The notes beneath the pieces are model-generated. The model saw only the letters and a program-made list of their open reading frames with translations. It made no database searches and was not told the origin of the DNA. A stretch of DNA of 40,766 bases, from the sequence record OZ035791.1; one strand, 5' to 3'. Position 1 is the stretch's first letter. Each line of letters begins with the position of its first letter. The stretch is from Kagunavirus LF7074P3. Both the position numbers and the translations under genes were made by a program. This document shows, one piece after another, positions 17,619 through 25,868 of the stretch.

Positions 17619-18134
17619 ATGAGTCAGGAATCAGTAGAAGCTGCCTATCGCCGTAAGTTGGCATCAAATCCAGACGGCGAGATGGACTACGTAACGTTGC
17701 AAATCAGCCACCCGTTGCTGTCGAAGACGTACTATCTTGTGCGCGGGCTGCAGGAACTTACGGCGACACTGGAAACCGGCGAAACTATCACATTCGAACC
17801 CACCCCGATGGAAGCGTCGGGGGCTGCTAACAACAGTGATATGGACCAGACTACCACGTTTACTCTACCGGATATTCTCAATCAACTGGATGATGAGATG
17901 GATAAAATCCCGATGAGTAACACCGAGTTGCCGAAATTCGTCTTCCGCCGTTATGTCAGTACCGACCTGTCTTATCCGGCGGACGGCCCGGTCGTGTACG
18001 AGTTACAGGCTATCAACCAGGAGAAAGGCGAGTTCTCCGCAGATGTCGGTACACCTATGCTGAACCAACGGAGCACTGGTATACTGATGACACCTAAAGA
18101 GATACCGTTATTGCGCGGCCTGTTGACCACATGA
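17619..18134 (+). CDS. minor tail protein
   Basis: 171-aa ORF in tail tip gene series. Confidence 0.5.
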   Translation: MSQESVEAAYRRKLASNPDGEMDYVTLQISHPLLSKTYYLVRGLQELTATLETGETITFEPTPMEASGAANNSDMDQTTTFTLPDILNQLDDEMDKIPMSNTELPKFVFRRYVSTDLSYPADGPVVYELQAINQEKGEFSADVGTPMLNQRSTGILMTPKEIPLLRGLLTT

Positions 18135-18496
18135 ATATTAACGACTACACGGGAATACCTTACGACTTTCGCAAACGTAATTGCTGGCACCATGTGCGCA
18201 TTGTCCGCGCGGATGCCGGGTTAGAAACCCCGGCGTTCGACGTTACAAGCCCAACGGCAATTAACGACGCGTTTGACGAAGGCCACCGCAACACGAAGGG
18301 GCTTACGAAAATTGATAAGCCTGAAAACTTCTGTGCGGTGCTTATGGGGTATCGCCGTGGCGGTCGTATTGTGTGGCACGCGGGAGTTTACTTCGACGGG
18401 ATGGTTAGCCATTGCGAACTTGCTTCACGTCAGGTACGGCTGGACAGGCTGGCGGACCTCAGAGACACGTACACGGAGATTGAATTTTGGCGATAA
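18131..18496 (+). CDS. tail assembly protein (hypothetical)
   Basis: 121-aa ORF, ATGA overlap with upstream gene. Confidence 0.5.
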   Translation: MNINDYTGIPYDFRKRNCWHHVRIVRADAGLETPAFDVTSPTAINDAFDEGHRNTKGLTKIDKPENFCAVLMGYRRGGRIVWHAGVYFDGMVSHCELASRQVRLDRLADLRDTYTEIEFWR

Positions 18497-21042
18497 TTCT
18501 GCACTACACGCGAAACGCTGATGGCGCTTTCGGCCGTACAAAACACGTCGGGATGCCGATGGAGTTTGTCGTTAGTCGTATCCCTGACGGCGTGCCGGTG
18601 CGCGTCTACCTCGGTGAGATTGGCGATGATACAGACGTAACGGACGACTTCGACGCGCTTAAAGATGAAGACGCTGTGTACCACATTATTGAGGGTGCGG
18701 GTAGCGGGGCGCTCGGTGCGGTTAGTAAGGTGTTTGGTTTTATCCTTAAGCCAATCGCCAAGTTGTTTGGCCTGAACACGGCCGCCAACGCCAACTACAC
18801 GGCGACTAACAACCAGACAACATCACCAAATAACAGCCTCACAGACCGCTCAAACAAACCACGCCCTTACGAGCGCTCCTATGACATCTGCGGGACTGTG
18901 CAGACAATCCCTAATGACCTGATGCAGACGTATAAGGCGTTCAACTCCACTGGTGCTTTGCTGGAGTATTCGTACTATGACGCAGGGCGCGGACATCTGC
19001 ATATTGAGGCTGATGGCGTCACAGAGGGCGACACCATGATAAGCGACATCACAGGTTCATCTGTTGCCGTATATGCGCCGTATACGTCACCGAACAACAC
19101 CGCATCTCCGCAACTACAAATCGGCGACGTCATTGACCAGAAACTCTATGTGACATACTCCAACGACGACGTTGACGGTATTGTGCTGAAAGCGCCAAAC
19201 GACATCGGAGCTAACCCAAGCGCCGACGGCACAGCTAAACGTATTTCAAACACCGGCTACATCTATGACCCGTCAGGAGACTCTGCTTTTTCTGAGTTTC
19301 TTAGCGTCGGTGATGTGGCGGTGCTGAGCAACTTTGACGTTGCTGATGTCACTAACCTGAACGGCTCGTTTGAGGTTTTATACGTTGACGACTTCGAAGT
19401 AAGATTAGTCGTAAACGGTGCGTCTAACTGGGCCGCGTTGACCAGCGGACAGACGTACACGCTAACAGAGCGTTCAGATACGTTTATCGGCCCGAGCAAC
19501 ACATATGACGTATCTCTTACGGACTGGTATTACATGGTACGCGGAGAAGTTGACCGGGTACTTGCTAACGTTGCCGGGCAGAACGGCCTCTACAAATACG
19601 ACGGAGGCTATAACCGCACCAGTGTAACGGTGGAACTCCAGTACCAGATGATTGATTCTCAGCGTAACCCGTTGAGCGATATTTACACGGTACAGGCCAC
19701 AATTACAGGCAACAATACGGATTACGTCGGTACGTCTATCTACGGGCAATTGCCGACCGCGTCCCGTTTCCGCGCCCGTATGCGTCGTGTAACTAATTTC
19801 GATAAAGACTACGACGGTACGGTAAGCGACGAGATAACATTCATTAACCTGTATGGGCAGTCTCTGGACACCACTCCACACTACGGCAACAGAACTACCG
19901 TACATTGCGCCCGTAAACAGACGCCGCGTGCCGCCAGCATAGACAACCCGGAACTGCGCATGATTGCAACCGAGATGTGTTACAAATACCTCGGCAATGG
20001 GGTATTCGATACAGTAATGACACCGAACACGCAAGCCGTACAATCTCTAATTCGACTGGCGCGCGACCCCGCAGTAGGCAATCTGGAACTGACAACGGCA
20101 AACATGGACAAGTTACTTGCTGTGCAGGAAGAAATTGAGTCCTATTTCGGAAGTGAATTAGCAGGGCAATTCTGCTACACGTTCGACGACTATGACACAA
20201 CCATGCAGGACATCGTCCAGACCATAGCGGAAGCCGTTTTCTGTACTGCGTACCGTAAAGGTGCGGATATTATGCTGCGATTCGACCGTCCTGTCGCGGG
20301 GCCTGAAATGGTGTTCACCCACCGCAGCAAAACTACCGGTACCGAGAAATGGACCCGCACGTTCAACGATTCGACAACCTACGATAGCCTGTCGTTCTCA
20401 TACATCGACCCGGATACTAACGTACAGGAAACGATTTACATCCCGGAAGAACTGGGTGCAAATACGGAGGAATACGAATCAAAGGGCGTGCGTAACTACC
20501 AACAGGCATATTGGCTGGCGTGGCGTCGCTATCAGCGCAATGCGTTAAGTAAAGTTGTTGTAGAGTTCGAAGCTACGGAAGAAGGTGCGCTCGCTACGCC
20601 CGGTGGGGTAATCAGCGTAGTTAAAGGTTCACGTATCGCGCCACAGGACGGCTATGTTGTTGCCGTTAACGGGCTTACACTTACGCTATCCCAGCCTGTT
20701 ACGTTTACTCCTGGCGACGACCACTCCATCATTCTTAAGAAGCGCGATGGCTCAGTGCAGAGTATCTCTGTCATCAAAGGAAGACACGACCGCGAAGTGA
20801 TTATGCTCTCCGCGCCGGAGGAGGCAATCTACACGGGGAATAGCGCACTAAAAACTGAGTTTTCATTCGGCAACGAAGCAAGGCATAATGCCCAGAAGAT
20901 AGTTGTTTCTTCAATCGACCCTGGCGACGACCGCACGGTCAAGATTACTGGCTACAACTATGACGACGGATTCTATAAATACGACGGCGTCGCGCCATAC
21001 GGCAGCGGTTTCTCCGACGGATTCAGCAATGGTTTTAATTAA
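18487..21042 (+). CDS. tail tip / central fibre protein (gpJ-like, positional)
   Basis: 851-aa ORF; TTG start at 18487 with GGAG 8 nt upstream (alternative ATG 18553). Confidence 0.6.
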   Translation: MAIILHYTRNADGAFGRTKHVGMPMEFVVSRIPDGVPVRVYLGEIGDDTDVTDDFDALKDEDAVYHIIEGAGSGALGAVSKVFGFILKPIAKLFGLNTAANANYTATNNQTTSPNNSLTDRSNKPRPYERSYDICGTVQTIPNDLMQTYKAFNSTGALLEYSYYDAGRGHLHIEADGVTEGDTMISDITGSSVAVYAPYTSPNNTASPQLQIGDVIDQKLYVTYSNDDVDGIVLKAPNDIGANPSADGTAKRISNTGYIYDPSGDSAFSEFLSVGDVAVLSNFDVADVTNLNGSFEVLYVDDFEVRLVVNGASNWAALTSGQTYTLTERSDTFIGPSNTYDVSLTDWYYMVRGEVDRVLANVAGQNGLYKYDGGYNRTSVTVELQYQMIDSQRNPLSDIYTVQATITGNNTDYVGTSIYGQLPTASRFRARMRRVTNFDKDYDGTVSDEITFINLYGQSLDTTPHYGNRTTVHCARKQTPRAASIDNPELRMIATEMCYKYLGNGVFDTVMTPNTQAVQSLIRLARDPAVGNLELTTANMDKLLAVQEEIESYFGSELAGQFCYTFDDYDTTMQDIVQTIAEAVFCTAYRKGADIMLRFDRPVAGPEMVFTHRSKTTGTEKWTRTFNDSTTYDSLSFSYIDPDTNVQETIYIPEELGANTEEYESKGVRNYQQAYWLAWRRYQRNALSKVVVEFEATEEGALATPGGVISVVKGSRIAPQDGYVVAVNGLTLTLSQPVTFTPGDDHSIILKKRDGSVQSISVIKGRHDREVIMLSAPEEAIYTGNSALKTEFSFGNEARHNAQKIVVSSIDPGDDRTVKITGYNYDDGFYKYDGVAPYGSGFSDGFSNGFN

Positions 21043-21054
21043 AGAGGACTCTAT

Positions 21055-23082
21055 ATGTCAAGCGGATGCGGTGACGTTCTAAGCCTGGCGGATTTGCAAA
21101 CCGCCAAGAAGCACCAGATTTTCGAAGCCGAAGTTATCACCGGTAAATCCGGTGGTGTTGCTGGTGGCGCTGATATCGATTACGCGACAAATCAGGTTAC
21201 CGGGCAGACACAGAAGACGCTTCCGGCCGTGTTGCGCGATGCAGGTTTTTCTCCTGTATCGTGGGACTTTTCCACCGGCGGTACGTTAACAGTTAATGAC
21301 CGCGACAAAGTGGTGTATGACCCTGTAAGCAAGACGTGGTACTCGTATGCGGGTACGTTGCCGGTTGTTGTCCCCGCATCGTTTAACCCGGTTGGTAACT
21401 TTAACTGGAAGCCGCAGACCGACCCGAATTTACGCTCAGAGCTAGAATCTTCACAAGGCGCTTCGCTTATTGGGGTTTCCCCATCAGGAAATGTACAATC
21501 GGGGCTAGACTTCATAAACGATGGTCTGTATTACGTTACACCGGAGCAATACGGCGCTATTGGTGACGGGGTACTACATCCGTTATCCGAGTTTTTTGCC
21601 GATTTACCGTCGGCGCAAATCGTGTATCCGTTGGCTACTAGCCTCTCGCAGAGTATTGATTGGGCCGCAATGCAGAAGGCCGACACGGAAGCCCGTGCGT
21701 CTAAGCGGTCCGTACGGGTTCCCGCACAGAAGGTGTATTATTTTTCCTCTCTGGATACCCTGATGTTAGATATCAATAGTTGTTTTATCGGAGGACCGCA
21801 GAGCGACCACTTCAACGGCACCATGATTAAGAAGGATAAACCACCGGCATCCGACGCCACTAACATCGGCGACATCTGCATAGTCAAAGTCAAGAAAGCT
21901 TCTGATACAGCGTCTACTAACGGATTTGTTAATGGTGTAGTGTTCCAAGGATTTAGCTTAGAATGGGCTAACGTTGTATGGGAAACTCCTCTTCAGGGAG
22001 ACCTGTCCATCTGCTTACACATGAATGACGCTATTAAAGCTAAAGTGGATGTAAGCGTATGGGGTGGCGAATTCGGGGTTTACGGTTACGGATGCTGGGG
22101 GATGGTCGGCACTATCCGCGTGCTTAGTTGCCATAAAGGTATTTATATCGACCCGGTCGCAGCAACTCCTGAACATCCCACCTCAGTGGGTTCAACAGGT
22201 TCAACAACGTCCTTTGATTTACGCGTGGAGATTGGCGGAACGGTTTACCCTATCTATCTGGATAAATGTCAATATAGCCGCTTTCGCGGGTATATCGAGG
22301 TTCTAGAAGGGTCAATATGGGACCAGACAAACGAAACTCCAGTAGCGATTCAGTTAGGTAGTGAGTGTGTCGGTCTTAAGTTCGAGTTGGCACTGGAGTT
22401 CTGGAACGGCGTATATTTCTTATGTGACCTGAACAATAAAGACATCGTTATTGATTCTGAGTTCATCTACACATATACATATAACGACGCTTCCGGCCCT
22501 CGCACCGCGAGACATACCATTGCAAATAAATACGGACAAACGGCGGTAACCATCCCATCGGCTAGTCGCGCGATATTCGCGTTCAATAATGTCGGCAACG
22601 ATATTACTGTTAATGGGATGAATCTATCCGCCTCGGCGCAAAGTTTTAATAACCTGGAGGCGGTGGATAAATATCTATACGCCTCGTTATCAGGTAATCG
22701 TCTGTTCTTTAATGGAGGCAATGTCGCCCCCACCGGTTACCTAAAAGTTACCCGTGCAAACAAAAGGGTTATTGATTTCTTCCGAAACAACGGTCTTGCG
22801 GATGCGTTACGACCCGGAGTTGGTTGGTTTTACGTTGGCGGTGGTATGTATGAAATGTCTACATGGGAACAGTTGACGACCGACGGCACGGGGGCCGCGT
22901 GGTTAGACGCTCCGGCAGGTTTTAACTTACAAACTGTTAACGCTTTCCCTGTGGGTGTCGGTGGGCTGCCTCATGCAATGGGGATTACCGCCGTACCTAC
23001 CGGGACAACTCTACGTTTCATAATCGATAGTGGAGCTAACAGGAATATTGCGTATAAAATGACCGCAGAGCTTATTAACTAA
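21055..23082 (+). CDS. tail fibre / tailspike (receptor-binding) protein
   Basis: 675-aa ORF, last gene of tail module, RBS AAGAGGA, followed by bidirectional terminator. Confidence 0.6.
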   Translation: MSSGCGDVLSLADLQTAKKHQIFEAEVITGKSGGVAGGADIDYATNQVTGQTQKTLPAVLRDAGFSPVSWDFSTGGTLTVNDRDKVVYDPVSKTWYSYAGTLPVVVPASFNPVGNFNWKPQTDPNLRSELESSQGASLIGVSPSGNVQSGLDFINDGLYYVTPEQYGAIGDGVLHPLSEFFADLPSAQIVYPLATSLSQSIDWAAMQKADTEARASKRSVRVPAQKVYYFSSLDTLMLDINSCFIGGPQSDHFNGTMIKKDKPPASDATNIGDICIVKVKKASDTASTNGFVNGVVFQGFSLEWANVVWETPLQGDLSICLHMNDAIKAKVDVSVWGGEFGVYGYGCWGMVGTIRVLSCHKGIYIDPVAATPEHPTSVGSTGSTTSFDLRVEIGGTVYPIYLDKCQYSRFRGYIEVLEGSIWDQTNETPVAIQLGSECVGLKFELALEFWNGVYFLCDLNNKDIVIDSEFIYTYTYNDASGPRTARHTIANKYGQTAVTIPSASRAIFAFNNVGNDITVNGMNLSASAQSFNNLEAVDKYLYASLSGNRLFFNGGNVAPTGYLKVTRANKRVIDFFRNNGLADALRPGVGWFYVGGGMYEMSTWEQLTTDGTGAAWLDAPAGFNLQTVNAFPVGVGGLPHAMGITAVPTGTTLRFIIDSGANRNIAYKMTAELIN

Positions 23083-23085
23083 AAC

Positions 23086-23111
23086 AAAAGGCCCCTTACG
23101 GGGCCTTTCTT
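23086..23111. terminator. bidirectional rho-independent terminator
   Basis: AGGCCCC-TTAC-GGGGCCT hairpin with A-run upstream and T-rich run downstream, between convergent modules. Confidence 0.8.
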
Positions 23112-23189
23112 CACTTCTCTGTTAAACACTCTGCTAACAGCACCGTGTAACCAATCAAATCGATTAACGTGTCGGTCGGGTCGCTGCCG

Positions 23190-23381
23190 TTATCCTTGCT
23201 GCACTGAATGCTGGATACCCCTACAGTTTCGAGAATCTCTTTTGCTTTCATTAATATTCTCCAGTACAAACGACAGTTGCGCATTAGCGGCGTCTCTCTG
23301 TTGCCGTAGTCGTAGAACCTCCTCCTCAAGTTCCTTGATACGTTTTTGCAAAGCTGGAATCGGGGCTATGATGTTCATCAT
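23190..23381 (-). CDS. hypothetical protein (coiled-coil-like)
   Basis: 63-aa ORF with RBS GGAG and ATGA overlap with upstream gene; preferred over overlapping 23111..23329. Confidence 0.4.
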   Translation of the reverse strand: MMNIIAPIPALQKRIKELEEEVLRLRQQRDAANAQLSFVLENINESKRDSRNCRGIQHSVQQG

Positions 23382-23572
23382 TCGAACTCCACAAGGTCGT
23401 TGCCGTTAGCAGAGCCTATCTCAAAATAGCCCGTTTCATCATTGTAACCCGCGAAAAACACAGAGCCGTACTCACTAAAAACACGAAATCCGCCACCAGC
23501 AAACTCCGCTGTATATTCCTTACCTTCTTTGAACACTGACGACATTTCTGAGCTTACGCAAAACAATTTCAT
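23378..23572 (-). CDS. hypothetical protein
   Basis: 64-aa ORF, start/stop coupled to helicase gene. Confidence 0.4.
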   Translation of the reverse strand: MKLFCVSSEMSSVFKEGKEYTAEFAGGGFRVFSEYGSVFFAGYNDETGYFEIGSANGNDLVEFE

Positions 23573-24993
23573 TTCTTACCTCGTCTCTTCATGTAATTAA
23601 GCAACTCTTCCTGTACCGATTTCTTCTCGTCCGTACGCGCGGCAACAACCTCGTCCAGCGTGTCTTTAGCGACTATGTGATACAGGAACACAGGGCGCCC
23701 ATGCCCGGCCTGCTTCTGGCGCACTGGGCCTATACGCTCAACAACCTGCAAATAGTGTTCAAGGTTCCAGCCTTGCGAAATAAACGCCAGATGGTGTCCG
23801 CCGTCCTGTAAATTCAAACCATGCCCGGCTGACGCAGGATGTACACACAAAATCTCTATCTCGCCGCGGTTCCACGCGTCCATCTGCTTATTACCCTTAG
23901 CACCTTTGGCAAACGCCTGTGCCTGCGGGAATCGCTTAAGGATGCGCTCCAGTTCGTGCTTGAACTGATAGGCTACCAGTAATGGCGCACCCTGCAACTC
24001 CTCAACAATGGACTCAAGCGCATCCAGTTTCGTGTCGTGCACCTTCTCCCAGTCTTTCGTTGCTTCGCCATCAGGCCCCGACACATACACGGCACCAGAT
24101 GCAATTTGCAGGCACTTAGACGTCTTCGCCGCAGCGTTAGCCGCTTCAACTTCTCCGCTCTCCAGCTCCGCGAATAGCTTCTCCTCCATATCGAGGTACG
24201 CCTGCCGCGCTTTCTTCGGCAGGTCGATTTCAACCGGTACGATAACAGGCGCTTCACACCCAAACCACTCTGCGGCGTCAATCGTGAGACTAATGTCTTT
24301 CATCTTCTGGTGGATTTCATTATCCGCACCAGGACGCGCATGATACTCCCGCGCCATCGCCGACTTACCTTTTTGCACAGAGTTGAACCAGCGGTCGGTG
24401 AACGCAGTGTACGATGAACCGAGGCGCTCGCCAGCGTCGATAAACCAGTTCTGGCCCCACAGGTCTTTGAGGCCGTTAGGCGACGGTGTGCCCGTCAGAT
24501 TGATGAAACGCTTAACTTTACCGAACGCCACTTTGCTGAGCGCCTTTGCCCGCTTGCTACCACCAGAACGGCTACGGAATGACTTCAGTTTCGTACTCTC
24601 ATCCGCAACGATAACCGTAAAAGGCCAGTCGTCTTTGCCGTAGTAGTCAATCAGCCACTCGATAACTTCGTAGTTGGTACACACCACGTTAGCATCTGAC
24701 TCCAGCGCCGCGATGCGGCGCTTCTCTGAACCTGTTGCATCTACGACACTCAGACATGGGAAGTCCCAACGTGCCTGTTCTGCAGGCCACGTACCGGAAG
24801 CAACACGTAAAGGAGCCAGAATTAACACGCGGTCGTCATCATTAAGTTGGCCGTTGCGGAACAGTCGGTTGAGTACCCACAACGTTGCGGAACTTTTGCC
24901 CGCGCCCATCGAAGCCCAAATATTACAGCGAGGATGCCGCAGCATGAATGAAGTCATGAGCTTTTGGTACTCTCGACGGATAAATTTAGACAT
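23569..24993 (-). CDS. SNF2/DEAD-like superfamily-2 DNA helicase
   Basis: Motifs GAGKS (Walker A), ADEST (DExx), LTGTP; ATG at 24993 (RBS AAGGG) preferred over TTG 24999. Confidence 0.8.
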   Translation of the reverse strand: MSKFIRREYQKLMTSFMLRHPRCNIWASMGAGKSSATLWVLNRLFRNGQLNDDDRVLILAPLRVASGTWPAEQARWDFPCLSVVDATGSEKRRIAALESDANVVCTNYEVIEWLIDYYGKDDWPFTVIVADESTKLKSFRSRSGGSKRAKALSKVAFGKVKRFINLTGTPSPNGLKDLWGQNWFIDAGERLGSSYTAFTDRWFNSVQKGKSAMAREYHARPGADNEIHQKMKDISLTIDAAEWFGCEAPVIVPVEIDLPKKARQAYLDMEEKLFAELESGEVEAANAAAKTSKCLQIASGAVYVSGPDGEATKDWEKVHDTKLDALESIVEELQGAPLLVAYQFKHELERILKRFPQAQAFAKGAKGNKQMDAWNRGEIEILCVHPASAGHGLNLQDGGHHLAFISQGWNLEHYLQVVERIGPVRQKQAGHGRPVFLYHIVAKDTLDEVVAARTDEKKSVQEELLNYMKRRGKK

Positions 24994-24995
24994 AA

Positions 24996-25190
24996 TCAAC
25001 CCTTAATGTAGAGTACCAGCTCTTTACGCCCGAACGCCGTAACGTTACCCGTTACATCTTCGATAACCAGTTTACCGTTTGACTCGACGTACACCGTATC
25101 AACGGCAACAGGGTGGCGGGTCTTAACGTTGAAAATCATATCGCCAGGTACGATGTCACGTGCTGGTTTGCGGTCATATTCGTGTTTCAT
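24996..25190 (-). CDS. hypothetical protein
   Basis: 64-aa ORF with RBS AAGGA, directly downstream of promoter at 25224-25252. Confidence 0.45.
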   Translation of the reverse strand: MKHEYDRKPARDIVPGDMIFNVKTRHPVAVDTVYVESNGKLVIEDVTGNVTAFGRKELVLYIKG

Positions 25191-25220
25191 TTCTCAATTC
25201 CTTATATTGTTGGTGTGTGA

Positions 25221-25505
25221 TTAACTATAATAGCTCGCTATTAGGTCGTCAACCTGTTTAAACGAACCAACGACAAAAACATTCGCACCACGTTTACGCA
25301 TCCGCTCGTGCTCACGTAACTGGTGTGGGTCTGGCTTCGTGTTTTCGTCTTTCTTAACCTCGACGAACAAGACGATGCCGCCGGGTAGAATTACCAGCAG
25401 ATCGGGAGCGCCGGAGCGCCCCTCATAGGAAAGTTTACGAACGAGGCCGCCGATAGCCTCGAATCGCTCTTTTGCGTATTTCTGGATGCGCCCCTCTTTA
25501 GTCAT
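25221..25505 (-). CDS. VRR-NUC domain nuclease (PD-(D/E)XK)
   Basis: 94 aa; ...GAPDLLVILPGGIVLFVEVKK... matches PD..(D/E)xK core of VRR-NUC family. Confidence 0.65.
   Translation of the reverse strand: MTKEGRIQKYAKERFEAIGGLVRKLSYEGRSGAPDLLVILPGGIVLFVEVKKDENTKPDPHQLREHERMRKRGANVFVVGSFKQVDDLIASYYS
25224..25252 (-). promoter_or_regulatory. sigma70-like promoter TTGACG-N17-TATAGT (minus strand) with ATAG-N4-CTATTAG dyad in spacer
   Basis: Minus-strand gTTGACGacctaatagcgagctatTATAGTt; lies inside 3' end of VRR-NUC ORF. Confidence 0.6.
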
Positions 25506-25654
25506 GAGCGCAGAATCCAGGTAATGAAAGCCCCGCCTAGAACGGCGACACCGGCAAACTTAAAGAACAGGCCATAACAGAACATCGCGGCTATTCCTGC
25601 ACCGAGTAGCAGTGCGAGCATGGTTACTATCACCCGAAATACGAACATTGTCAT
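25502..25654 (-). CDS. small membrane protein (50 aa)
   Basis: MTMFVFRVIVTMLALLLGAGIAAMFCYGLFFKFAGVAVLGGAFITWILRS; stop overlaps VRR-NUC ATG (ATGA). Confidence 0.35.
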   Translation of the reverse strand: MTMFVFRVIVTMLALLLGAGIAAMFCYGLFFKFAGVAVLGGAFITWILRS

Positions 25655-25740
25655 AATACGCACCCCTCCCGTTTCGTATGCGCGATACCGCAGCGAGGGC
25701 AGATTCGACAGTCTTCTTCGTAGAACCAGTAAATTTTCAT
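25651..25740 (-). CDS. small Cys-rich protein (29 aa)
   Basis: MKIYWFYEEDCRICPRCGIAHTKREGCVL; ATGA overlaps on both sides. Confidence 0.3.
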   Translation of the reverse strand: MKIYWFYEEDCRICPRCGIAHTKREGCVL

Positions 25741-25868
25741 TCCAGCACCCACAGATAAATTGCGATGAATATACCCAATACGGCTACCATCATGCCGTAT
25801 CGCCCCTCATGACAGTAGACACCCGCGGCGAATCCCGCCAGTACCGCAATAATCAGTTTACTTAGCAT
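25737..25868 (-). CDS. small membrane protein (43 aa)
   Basis: MLSKLIIAVLAGFAAGVYCHEGRYGMMVAVLGIFIAIYLWVLE; ATG lies 10 nt inside the 3' end of the polymerase ORF in another frame. Confidence 0.3.
   Translation of the reverse strand: MLSKLIIAVLAGFAAGVYCHEGRYGMMVAVLGIFIAIYLWVLE

Noticed and set aside
23111-23329. 72-aa minus-strand ORF overlapping 23190..23381 in another frame
   Set aside because: The 23190..23381 frame has an RBS and ATGA coupling to its upstream gene; this overlapping frame has neither.
25620-25865. 81-aa plus-strand ORF
   Set aside because: Antisense to the three coupled tiny minus-strand genes in a uniformly minus-strand operon.
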